A stretch of DNA of 64,000 bases from Haliotis rubra. Its lineage: Eukaryota. Location of the stretch: the NCBI RefSeq assembly GCF_003918875.1, contig NW_025765054.1, positions 62,001 through 126,000 on the forward strand. Reading direction: 5' to 3'. The notes beneath the pieces are model-generated. The model had not been told where the DNA came from and searched no databases. It saw only the letters and a program-made list of their open reading frames with translations. This document shows positions 51,693-63,792 of this stretch, piece after piece. Each line of letters starts with the position of its first letter. The first letter of the stretch is position 1. The translations under genes and the position numbers were made by a program.

Positions 51693-52041
51693 GGTGAGGT
51701 GAGGTGAAATTGGGTTTAACGTCTGCTTGAGAATATTTCGCTCATATGACGACGTGCATGCGTGTGTATGTGTATGTGCGGGTGCTTGTACTAGCCCAGA
51801 CTTAATCTGGTTTTATAGTGTTAGCCCACTGAGATACCATGCCGCAGTGAAGCATGAATACTCCACTCAGACACTCCGAGCCGACCAGTCCTTGTTGTAC
51901 TCATCAATGCCGAGCGCCAGGCAGGGACCAACAAGTACCATATTTTAACGTCTCTTTGGTATGACGCGGCCGGGGATCGAACCCGCGACCTTCCGCTGTC
52001 CGGGCGGACGCTCTACCCAATACACCACGGAGGCGGTCCCA
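51693..52041 (-). mobile_element. tRNA-headed SINE with Meta/Nin-like central domain and (CACCT)n tail, inserted in a degraded Tc1 remnant (~51050-52130)
   Basis: Minus strand ...gggtagagcgtccgcc...gggttcgatccccggccgcgtcataccaaagagacgttaaaatatggtac...cctgcctggcgctcggcatt; tail fragment also at ~61448-61515. Confidence 0.7.
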
Positions 52042-52861
52042 GGCAGTTCTGGACTTTCGTGAGGGCCATATATGCATTGGTGAGTAAGTGTCATGATGAA
52101 CCTCGTCAATGACATGTGCCAAATTTGAACACGTTATTCTTATCGGTTTACTCTGTATTCATTTGCTGTAGGACACTGGTCCCCAATAGTATATACAAGA
52201 TATATCTGAGTGAGTGAGTTAAGATTTTAAGTCACATCGGCAATATTTCAGCCATATCGTGACTATAAACAAGTTTTGAATACACCATAAATACATGTAA
52301 ATTATATAAACCTGTCGACGAAGGACAGTAAAACCAACTAGAATATCACCGATACAAGAAATAAAACTCTCTAAAATTGGATTTCAAATTAGGACAAGAT
52401 AATATAAAAAACGGGCTATAGAACACCAGCAACCGAAAGTAGATCACACAAGATACATGTCCATGATATATCCACTGTACACTAGATGATGGTGCCATTT
52501 GGACCTTTCATTTTTGTATGTCTAGCAACACAGAATGTTTGGTGGTTGTCTAGAATCGTGCGGGTCCCGATAATCCAGTGATTAACATCATGAGCATAGA
52601 TCTACGCAAATGTTATACGATGACATTCATAAATGAAGTCAGAGAGCCTGACCACCCGATTAGTTTAGTCACCTGCCTCGACAAGTTTGCCGAAGACCAA
52701 TTTTAAAGCGTATTTTCACATGCCATATTACCACAGATTGAAATTTGATTATACAATACTATGTTTCTACAATTAAAGGAATGATAGGAAATCCACGATC
52801 TATTGAAGAATGTAAGTGCTTTTGCTTCCGATATCTGTTATTCATGTTGCTTCGTCATATA

Positions 52862-53921
52862 TACTATCCAAAAATAGAAACGCATAGGCATTTGTATTTT
52901 AAAAAATCTATTATTTACCTATTGTGTTTAAACAATCGTCAATATATGTAACATAAGTGTTGATAACATGATTTTACACAATTGCACAAGTAAAAAATCG
53001 ACTTTACCTGAAAATGTTGATTTTGATAAGATTTCTTAGAAGGATTATAAATGCATCGCCACAACGCAACAAAAATCATCTTCCAGTTGAAATTGTGCAG
53101 CAAAGAGCATGCACTGTCTGGCTATAAAAATCCAGATTACTTTCGGAAATCGGCATTCGTTTTGGAGGCTAAGCGGTCTAGGCGTCGGACTTTGAGTGCT
53201 GGCGATTAGGTGCCTGCCTGGCTGTGGGTTCGAATCCCGTTTGGGACTCAACCCAAAAAAGTACTAGAATCTGTACTTTATTGAGAAAGTGTAATCCCAA
53301 ATATAACCTATGTTATATTTGACCACTTTCTAAAATGGCATTGTGTATTTTATCTTTTGGAGGAGTTTCAAAGGTCAAATCACTACGCCTCGTCTTGACG
53401 CTGCGACACGCCATTGAAAGAATGCAGGCTGGAGATAACCAATCTTTTGTTGTCAGGCGTCTGGATGTTACTCTGATGACGATATCACGGCTTGCAGCTC
53501 GTTACAACCAAACAGGTATAACAAATAACCCTCCTCGTACAGGCAGACCTCGAGTCACCACTGCAGCCCAAGATCGGTACATCCTGGGTACTACATTTGC
53601 GTGGTCGTACTGCCACGGGTGAGAGCACAGCAGCCAGGGTGCCTGGACTTCGGAGGGTATCCGGGCAAACTGTACGGAACAGGTTGAGAGAGATTGGGCT
53701 GAGAGCCAGGGGACCCGACTTCTGGACCGTGCTACGTCGTCATCATCGCGCTCACCGTCTCCGTTATCTAAAATTATCCACTTGGTTGTATAGACATTGC
53801 CTTCTTCTAAACTGATGTAAAAATTCATGCACTAAGGTCTCTTTGTGGACGAGTTATACATGTTTGAAAATACATTTTTGCAACAGATTTCTGGCCTATG
53901 CGTTTCTTTCTTGGGATAGTA
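52862..53921 (+). mobile_element. Internally deleted Tc1/mariner element
   Basis: TIRs tactatccaaaaatagaaacgcataggc / gcctatgcgtttctttcttgggatagta; HTH remnant PRTGRPRVTTAAQDRYI...RRVSGQTVRNRLREIGLRAR. Confidence 0.8.
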
Positions 53922-54508
53922 TGTTACTGGTAGCAAGGAAGTGATAAAATGACAAAGTTTGCAAATATTTGAAATATGATTCCAAAGAGCAAGGGGTTCG
54001 GAAGACAGTGTCTGCCTGCACTAATTTTACATTGCTAATCTCACCGTTTATCCTTTTGTTGACCAGTCTGTATTTCCTTACACATAGAAGAAGAAAAGTT
54101 TATTCGTATTCAAGGCTTCGTGGTCAAAAGTACAAAAGTGTATATACATGGTTTCAATGCGCATGGACATCGAAGTGATTATCTACATATACTTCTAAAT
54201 TAAAGTGGTAGATTTCGTTTCAAAATGAATTCAAGATTTTTTAAACATTCTAAATTTTGCGAAGACATTAACAAATTAAACTGTTCATGTGTTTTATAAG
54301 TATAAAAAGAACTTGGTAACAACAATTTTCTGCTTTCTACATAGTTAACATAGATAAAAAGTTAAATTGATCATGGGTGACGTTATAATTACATTTTGTA
54401 CACTTCAGTAAATCAGTATTTACATTTTTATCATTTACATGTAAAGTAATACAATAGTAATTGATATAACTTATTCAGTCTGACGTGAAAATGACAAACA
54501 TTAGGCAT

Positions 54509-54715
54509 ACTCACGTGGCGATCCACACTCAACTAGTCGTCTCAACACCTGACAAAACAAGAGAGCCTTTATAGAACAAGCACGAGAGTTTATAAGGTTT
54601 TCACGACCTTCGGCACTAACGTTCCATAAATATTTCGAAATGATAAGAACATGCGTATGTATGTAGGTCTGTTGATAGAGCAGCCTGGCAAAAGTGCATG
54701 TCACCCTGTCTCACA
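54509..54715 (-). promoter_or_regulatory. Promoter and short non-coding first exon of copy 6 (TATAAA 54573-54568, donor GTGAGT 54514-54509; intron to acceptor 50872-50871)
   Basis: Homologous to 61790-61980 upstream of copy 7; TACAG acceptor 3 nt before the ATG. Confidence 0.65.
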
Positions 54716-55755
54716 AAAAGTCAAGAAGAAAGACACTCATGTAACACAAACACATTTGTTCTTGATCTATCTGTCTAAATGTGTAAACAGATAATCCCAA
54801 TAACTACCCGGGCTAGACTAAACATTACTTTCAGTGTCAAATAGGTTATTTTCCCGATGATTAAAGATTGTCTATTGACGAGCTTCAACCAGACATATAT
54901 TTGAAATGTACTTTTGACACGTGTAACATTGAATCTCACAATGGAAGAAGTGAGTGCACTGTTATGAAAATAGATGTGTATCATGTTGCTAGTCTCCATT
55001 TAACGAACGCTGAAAAGTGGATTGACGAATCCATTTTTAGCCCTAGTGCATAACGTTCCATGACGGTTGCAATTGTGAAGCAGGAGGAGAACGTCATGCC
55101 CAGTGTTGTGTTTGTGTGGTTCGATTTGAAGGTGGTTGTGCAATGGTTTGCGGAGCATTTGTGCCATCGGTCGATCTCGATTGATTGTCGTGCAAGAGTG
55201 AGTGAGTGAGTGAGTTTAGTGTTACGCCACACTCAGCAATATTCAAGCTATATGAAGGTCGGTCTGTAAATAATCGAGTCTGGACTAGACAATCCAGTGA
55301 TCAACATCATGATCATCGATCTACGCAATTGGTATACGATGTCAGCCAAGTCAGCGAGCATGAACACCTGATCCCATTTAGTCGCATCTAACGACAAGCA
55401 TGGGTTACTGAAGATCAGTTCTAACCCGGGTATGTCGTGCAAGAGAATCTTACTGCCCATACAGTATTGGGATCAAAGTTGAACCCAGACATTCATGCAC
55501 CTATACGTACTTGGCCCTGGACTGACATTTCAACATGACAACGCTACACCCCCATACAGACTGTGTATTTGTTCTGACGACTGGAACCCAGAGATCGTGA
55601 AACTACTGCAACCGATTGTTCAACATTAACCTCACCAACATGAAGCTCCCGCATACTGTCTTCTTTATTTAACTTGCAGTTTTGTTTTTGCGTTTTCATC
55701 TTAAGCATTGCCTGTGTGCTATACATTCTAATGCAGTTGCGATTCTTCCCAAGTA

Positions 55756-57228
55756 TACTGAACCGCAAACGAAACGTCACCTCCAAAACCAAATTTTGTT
55801 CTCACAAGGTGGTGTTTTTATTATGATTGTACCGTTTTGTTAAAGTGTGTTTCACTCCAAATGGATAGTCATTACCAACATTAGTGTGTTTTCTGATGAA
55901 AAGGCATATCGACTAAACGCACCTAAAAAGGCAGACGTGATAAAAGGTACCTTATGACATTCGTGAAAATGAACATGCACGTACATATCGTGACAACCCT
56001 ACCAATGAAAGCGAGTCTCAAACTCGCCTGAAATTATTCTTGTTTGACACAACCACCATGCCAGGAGTTACGAGAGATCAGGGGAACCAAGCCTCGGGAC
56101 GATTGCAAGTTTGCCAGAATGCAGGGAAGGTAGCCAATCATTTTAATGTTCATGTTGGGACAATCTACCGACTGAATGCGGTTTCAGGCCACTAACAGCA
56201 TCCAAGACCTTCAGTAACATCACAAAGTCAAGACCGACAGATTGTACGCAACCATCAGCAGGATCGCTTCACCAGAAGGACGGAAGCAGCACGCCAGACC
56301 ATTGGGACTCACAACAGACCCATTAGTGCAGTAACAGTGCGTCGACGTTTGCGCGGAAGAAACCTGTGCTGTCGCAGACCATATCGTGATCCTGTCCTCG
56401 CCGCTCGTCACTGCCCAAACCGACTGCAATGGGCGACTCAGCATCGAAATTGGCGTTATTGACAATGGAGAACTGTGATAAAATTCGATATTGTGTTTCG
56501 ACAGCCGATGGCATAGTGAGAGTATGGCGAAGGCGTGGGGAACGGTTTTCCAAAGAGTGTATTGTTGAAAGAGACTCGTGGGGTGGTCCAAGCATCACTG
56601 TGTGGGGTCGATCGGCCTGAACCAGAGAGTTGGCCCCATGTTCGGTCCAGGACGAGGAAATAGCGTGACAGCTGCTCACTATATTGATCAAGTCATAAGA
56701 CCCCACGTTGTACCACATGTTGGACGTCACAGAAAACACATCTTCGAGCACGATAACGCTCGTGGCCACACTGCCAGAGCAACATTGGACTTCGTAAGAC
56801 AAAATGGCATCCAAACCCTACTACTGCCTGCACTCAGTCCGGATTTAAGTAAAAAAGAACACCTTTGGGACGAAATTCAAAGAAGACTGAATGACCTCCA
56901 ACCATGGCCGACAACTGCGGCTAGACTCAATCAGACATTTTGCTCAGTATGGACCCCAGTGCCTATGGCCTTCAGCAAGCGGCTAATTCATTCCATGTAC
57001 AGACGATGCAACGCCGTCATCGATGCCCATGGAGGCCACACACGATACTGACTTTGAGGTATCATAATGGTACCATTTTGGTGATTTTGTTTGTGTGAAT
57101 ACTAACCATAGGTAACCATAATTGTCAAGTTTGAACTCAATCCTCCGTTTTGATTGTAAATTAGAGCGAATGAAAGTGTGTGCTTTAAGAAACCAATATC
57201 AGTATGGCGTTTCTTTTGCTGTTCAGCA
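55756..57228 (+). mobile_element. Near full-length Tc1/mariner element with pseudogenised transposase (56058-57051)
   Basis: Imperfect TIRs tactgaaccgcaaacgaaacgtca / tggcgtttcttttgctgttcagca flanked by TA; FEHDNARGH, SPDLSKKEHLW and GGHTRY*. Confidence 0.88.
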
Positions 57229-57397
57229 TATTAGTTTAGTAACACGATTCAATCCAAAGAGAACCATTGCAGGTGTTGCAATTTTGTTTTATTACCTGGG
57301 TAACAACGACATAACACTCATTAATGGAACAAATTTAATCATATCAAATTTGAGGTATTTCTCAGCATCCATATCATTATTAAGACTTCAAATCAGA

Positions 57398-60300
57398 TTA
57401 CACAAGTTTGCCTGTGACAAGGGCAACTGACGAAACATATCCCACTGCCATGTTGTTTGAGAAATGAACCTGTACCCGGTTAGCCCCTGTGACGAACAGG
57501 GAGGTAGGGACTGCAAACTCCCAAACCTCCCAGTAAGTGGTACGGGCAAACTTGTCCGAGTCATACAGCTTGTGGAATGAATGTAGGCGATGGTGGTTGA
57601 AAGCAAGGTATGACACACTGTTAGTTTCACTGATCGGCCAACTGGTTGAAACTCTCAGCCTGGCACTTTGATATTGACCATTTGGTAGAGATATTACTGT
57701 CGAGACTACATTGCTTTTGATTGGTATGAGTGTATCAGATCCGTAGTATGTGGTTTCGTCGAGTGTGGTACTGGGTAGTTGGTCTGATGGTGTCTTGAAT
57801 GTAAAGTGGCACGTTGCTTCTGGAGGAAGGCTTACAATTCCTTGGGTCTTCTGAATGTCGAAGGGTTCGTTGAAGGTGATAACTGGATACCAGTCATCCT
57901 TGATGGTGATACAAGTAGCTTCTCCCGAGGTTGGTTTCATCCAGTTATTTTCAAAGTCTAGTTTGACAGCCTGCGACTTCTGAGAATAGCTGTGCAAGAG
58001 AATGACTGTTTCGTTATCCAGTGGGCTTGCCATTGCTAAGGGAGACACGGTTCGCTCCGCTCCATCATACAGGCTGGTAGTTCTGATAAAGGAGTATCCC
58101 GACATGAATTTGTACCAAAACTTGAAGACGTCGACCATACGAGTGGCATTGCCTTGAAGTGTGAAAAGTGACCAATTGAGACTATCATGTCCTGGATATT
58201 TTTCGTTGGCTATAAGAAACACCACTGTTCTGTCGATGTATTCCCTGAGACCAAGTTGGGTAAATCTGTGGGCATTGGAGTGGTATATCGTTGAAAAGTC
58301 AACTATACCTGATGGAGCATATTTGTCAACTCCTGTGACCTTATCGCGACCATATTCACTGATAACAAGAGGAATAATCTTTCCGGTCTTCTGGGAGGCA
58401 TAGTTTTCAACAAGGTCGACAAATGCTACGAGACGTGCTTCATTCATTCCAGTTAGATTGTGAGATTTCCCCGATACGATAAGGGAGTTGTATGAATGGA
58501 ATGAAAATACATCTATATATCCTAAATTGGTGTCCATGAAATTTGCCACATTTTGCTAATACGAAAAGTTGTTTCGATCCGACAATCCAGTTTCTCCGTC
58601 GAGTGTTGGACCAGACACTTTGATGTTAAATCTGGAATGGAGTTTCTCAGCAACTGATTTGTGAAACTTGGCAACGGTGGTGAAGTTCATTATACGCCCT
58701 TTACCATCCGGTTCATTTATAGGCTCAAGATAGTGTGGTATTTGTCCCTTTGTGTAGTCATAAACTCCCTGCACCATCAACATCATGAACTCTGCAGCAG
58801 CATCGACATCGTTCGGAAACTGACCTATATGCTCAGACGTGTTTATCCAACTCGGCCAATAAAGACCTGTAAATAACATGAGAGCAAACCCGTTATACTG
58901 ATGATATTTTTAATGATTCTAATTTCCAATTTTATTGAAACGAAGGGTTTCGAAAGCATTTGAAACATCATAGCGTATGAGGCATGGAGTGAGGGGAAAA
59001 TATAGTCCCATCAGAATTCGTACAGCCACATCGTCACTATCAAATGTTTTACTTCTAAACTATGTAGAAATCTGTGAAGACGAGACATAATCATAACTAG
59101 ATATCACAGACATATTCAGAACTGGTGTTTAACCAAAATGACATCACTTAAACTAGGGACATATTGTATTTATGTATTGTACTGTAACATTGTATTTATG
59201 TATTGTATTGTAAGATTGTATTGTATTTATGTATTGTATTGTAACATGTATTTAGGTATTGTATTGTAACGTTGTATTTATGTTTTATAACATGCCGTAT
59301 TTATATATTGTAACATTGTATGTATGTATTGCAATTTAACATTGTACGTATGAGTGAGTGAGTTTAGTTTTACACCGCACTCAGCAATATTCCAGCTATA
59401 TAGCGGCGGTCTGTAAATAATCGAGTCTGGGCCAGACAATCCAGTGATCAACAGCATGAGCATAAATCTGCGCAATTGGGTACCGATGACATGTGTCAAC
59501 CAAGTCAGCGAGCCTGACCACCCGATCCCGTTAGTAGTCTCTTACGACAAGCATGGGTTGCTGAAGACCAATTCTACCCCCGATCTTCACGGGTCTTGTA
59601 CTTATGTATTATGTTGTACCATATTGTATTTATGTATTGTATTGTAACATATTGTATTTATGTAACATATTGTATTTATGTATTGTATTGTAACATATTG
59701 TATTTATGTATTGTAACATGTTGTTTTATGTATTGTATTGTAACATATTGTATTTATGTATCGTATTGTAACATATTGTATTTATGTATTGTATTGTAAC
59801 ATATTGTATTTATGATACCATAATGAAACCTCGGCATTATTTACACCATCCCTCCACCAGCTGGCTGTTATCGGCGAGTTTCGCATAAATCTTAGACTGT
59901 TGTGAACGAAATAATAATGCCATGGTCAGGGTCATGGTCACCTCAGTCGATTTTTCTAAAGAGCGGGGATTTATTGCTTTCATTTTGTTTATAAAGAAGC
60001 ACAGTCAAAATATAATATCTTGTGAGAGTAAAATATGTATTTCATGACATCATGCTATTGGTGCGTATTCTAAAAATTCGTGTTTTTGACCGTACTTCTC
60101 CTAATATCCTTATTCCTTGAATATGGAATTAAGTATTCGTGGAGTTTGTTTGTTTAACCGGCAGTGGGGTCATGTCGAGCCATTTCACTAATGACCTTGG
60201 CCACAAGATAGAGCAAATGGTCCAAGTGACGCGTGCAAGAAGAATCCCAATGAAAAACCACACTAAACACACGTAACTTGTTTTTTGGTTTGTTTTCACC

Positions 60301-61248
60301 GATCCTGCTTCGTTCCGCCCCGTCTACAATGTCATCATATCGATCATTCTTACCTCCCGCCATCATGATCATGTCGTTCTCGTAACCACTTTTAATGTTC
60401 TCAACGTACTTGGAGAACATTTGGTGTTGCATGGTGACGTTCTTCAGGTGGTTGGGGTCAGGGTAGCCACTACGGTTTGGGTCCTCTGGCCACTGCAATC
60501 AATATACGTATTGCATTAGTAGAATTATGTTATACCTTGTGCCATTCGTCAAAGCCTTTTAGCACAGATATGTACTCTCTCACACACTGTTTTGCCAGGA
60601 ACTGATGTATTTACTCATATTGTGAACTTAAGAGAATACACCACTAGGACACTGGGAACTATTAACCAAAATTTCAAAATAATGGTGTTTTCAAATTAAA
60701 TTTGTGCTTTCCTTCTTAGGAGGATATAAAATACTTATAAAAATGTTTATAACCTAGATACTTTTCCGGTTTGACTAAAGTACTTAGCACAGTACTTGAT
60801 TTTACTCTTGTTGATGACCGTTTCAGTTCAATCTGAAGAGATGGTGCTAATCATATTTGTGTAATGGCTGCGTTAAATGAATATATATATATATATAATA
60901 ACTTCATCATGATATCATTGTCAAATACAGTTCTGAAAAATACTGGGGCCAGGTTTTATTACGAAGTCCATGTTAGTATCGTTCATTGGTTGTTCTCACG
61001 TCTTGGAAGAGACGATCGTTAAGATCTCTGTTATTCCAGCGCCCAGCGTCAGTCCCAATGCTCCGACATTTGGGGATGAGAGATGCCCGATCAAGACTAT
61101 TGTGCTTGTTCCATCTATTGCTGTCATAGCGAGCGCTTCCTCCCTGTGCCAGCCATTGAGGGTGGATCGTCACAGTTGTGTCACTGTATAGGCCACGGAC
61201 ACCGCCAACTGTCAGACTCAGAATGAAAAAGACCTGTGTCCATTTCAT
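57398..61248 (-). pseudogene. GH86-like paralog copy 7 with a single nonsense mutation
   Basis: Exons 61248-61000, 60492-60354, 58866-57398. TGG>TAG at 58558-58556 (NFSY*QNV vs NFSYWQRV in copy 6); frame otherwise open. Confidence 0.85.
59160..59813. repeat. AT-rich minisatellite (~28-bp unit tattgtattgtaacatattgtatttatg) split by a SINE-like copy at 59351-59595
   Basis: Direct tandem units on both sides of the insertion, in intron 2 of copy 7. Confidence 0.85.
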
Positions 61249-61789
61249 ATTCTGTAACAAATATCCCATTTTATGAAATGATTACCATAAGGTGGTATGG
61301 TTTCATTGAAGAATCAAGAATCAAAGTGTATTAGCCATAGAACGTGTCGTCAACATTGCCTTACACGATACATGTCCCACTCGTACCTACATACCTGCCT
61401 GCACGCACGCACACACGCATGCACATATTGTCATTTATATCACAAATAGGTGAGGTGAGGTGAGGTGAAATTGGGTTTAACGTCGTGCTTGAGAATATTT
61501 CGCTCATATGACGACGTATATCACAAATACAAACACAAGAATGGTAATAATTGGAGTCTGGAGTGGCGTTCCCATGTTCATTTGGCCTCTGTACGTATCA
61601 CACTTAACTGGTAAAACGGGGAAATGACAAAAGAAGTATTGATCCCCGGGTGCCCACATTCAATACAACTGCACAACTAACTAACCGATAATCACTTTGT
61701 TGGCAAGTTTGTGTGGAAATGTCAAGTAAAACAACCAGTCTTTGGTATAAGTCATTCGACCTGACGTGAATATATCAAACATAAGGCAT

Positions 61790-61980
61790 ACTCACGAGAT
61801 GTTTCAGGATCTACTCTACACTACGAACGGGAGTCTTTATAGTTTAATTTCACACAAAAAAGTGAGGGACCTTTGGCAGCACCGTTCCATAAATGTTTGC
61901 AAGTGATAAGAGTATGCGTTGGTATGTAGGTGTGGCGACAGAGAAAGGCTTGTTGAAAGTGCATTTCATTCTGTCACACA
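61790..61980 (-). promoter_or_regulatory. Promoter and non-coding first exon of copy 7 (TATAAA 61841-61836, donor 61795-61790; acceptor 61253-61252)
   Basis: Colinear with the copy 6 module; CAAAGGTCC, TGTTTGC and TGATAAG motifs. Confidence 0.65.
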
Positions 61981-62723
61981 AAGTGTTATGATTTAAGAAG
62001 AGTGTTAAGCATATGCGCAATGATTTTTACTTAATTCTCTGCCACTGGGATGTCTTAACTGATGTTTGATGTTCATTTCAGAGTTGCTATGATCCAAACA
62101 CAAATCATCTTTGACGCTGACACTACCGTTTTAAAAAATGTGCACTACATGATAAAGAATTGCGTTGTCATATGTGGTATGGTGATAGTGCAGCAATGAC
62201 GTAAATGCAAGGGACTAAAGCTTATCTTGAACGAAACATTTGTTCTGACTTGTTCTGTCAAGTCATCACAAAATGACAGACATCCCAACCTCTTCAGCCT
62301 TGGCTCCAGTTTCAAAGTATTGCTCCACATGATATCTTCATGTAGACTGACAATTCAAATTTAGAGAAATATTTGTTTGTGACTCTTTGACACTTTCTTT
62401 CACGAAGCCCAATGCACGAAAATAAAGATTAATACATATCAATTTCATGGTTTCAACTAAATACACCAGAGATGACATGTAGACATGGAGAGTCACTGGC
62501 CACCTCAGTACAGTATTCTTAATAAGAGTGTAAAGTTTCGGTGGTTCCATTCCCTGTCCATCCAAACACGGTTACGAACGGTTTCCCCTGGGCGGCTCGG
62601 AGTCAGTATACTGTGTCTGTGTTGAGTGGCGATCTTACAACATGGCATGGTAACTTTAGACAACCAACAGAAGTAAAAATCATAAGTTTCCATAATATAC
62701 AGCATTTCCACTAAAATGCTTAA

Positions 62724-63792
62724 AGGTCACATGCAACGTAAAGTACAACTTTGCAGATTCTGATACCTTTCGGTATGGACATACCGAAACAAATCGTCAA
62801 AAATGCAAATTCAACTTATAAAGTTGAAAAATAACGCGATGAAAAAAATCGCGCGAAATCGGAGTTCAAACGTTTCACTAATTTTCCCCAGACTTTTCTG
62901 GGGAAAACGGGTTTCAACAGCTGGGCTGCGCTCATAGCACGTGCGCAAGTAAATAGGTTTGCGCAGCTTGGAAGCGGGTTGTCGGGTGAATACTCGGTGA
63001 AGGCTTTGGTGTGAGCTATTTTTCTAATGTTTTGTTGATATCTCACAGGCGCGAGCTTTTTTATATGTTATGACAGTAAATTAACTGTTTATATAATTTC
63101 ATTTGTCTATTTCACCACACGTTCTTCTTACCGAGACACTTTCTCAGTTCGATACTTAAAAGCAATGTCATTATTTAGCATTGACAGAATTTCTAACTGT
63201 GATATAGATATGTCGTTGTCACAGACAAAACTCAATATCTTGTTTTATTGAGACCTGTGTGTCTGCCTGCCTGTCTGCTAATGACAATATTCAATACACA
63301 GCTGCTATCACAGATGCAATTTGAACTTAACACCAATCAGGATATACACCATAAACAAAATGCATCGATTTATGGCCCGAGTTCGGTCTCTGTCACATTA
63401 TGTAATTACACAGACAGGCAGGTGTGATACTTGAAAACATGACATGTTATGATATCTGTTGATTGCAAAATATTATACACAAAAAATGAGCATGTATTTA
63501 CAAAACCCAACGTCTCTCTATATATATACACACAATTAGCCGTGAAGGCATCTGCAAATGAACCAGCCGTTACACTTGAGTGCACACCCACCCGCTCTGA
63601 CTGGGTTCGGTATCCCGGTTGCTTCGTTTCTGGGAAGTAAACCGAAGGACACAATTTTGCACTTTCGATTTGCGATTGTACGCTTATAATTTTGTTTATA
63701 TATTTTTTCGTAACCAGCAATGTATATTATATGTCAGGAATAAGTGATAATTGTGTTTTAATTATGTTTGATTTTTTGGTTGCATGTGACCT
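62724..63792. mobile_element. Non-autonomous Kolobok-type DNA transposon
   Basis: Perfect 14-bp TIR AGGTCACATGCAAC / GTTGCATGTGACCT flanked by TTAA on both sides (62720-62723, 63793-63796). Confidence 0.8.

Noticed and set aside
2851-58403. Recurrent plus-strand ORFs (MEKLTWTWI..., MTVSFFKG..., MKSDQLRLSC...)
   Set aside because: Antisense shadows of the conserved GH86-like exons, with no independent coding signal.
58556-58558. Stop-codon recoding (Sec/Pyl/readthrough) in copy 7
   Set aside because: TAG replaces a Trp conserved in the other six complete copies; Sec uses TGA and Pyl is not known in animals.
421-61248. Bacterial contamination or a polysaccharide utilisation locus as source of the GH86-like ORFs
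   Set aside because: The genes have phase-consistent spliceosomal introns containing animal SINEs/LINEs, and there are no susC/susD-like or operonic neighbours.
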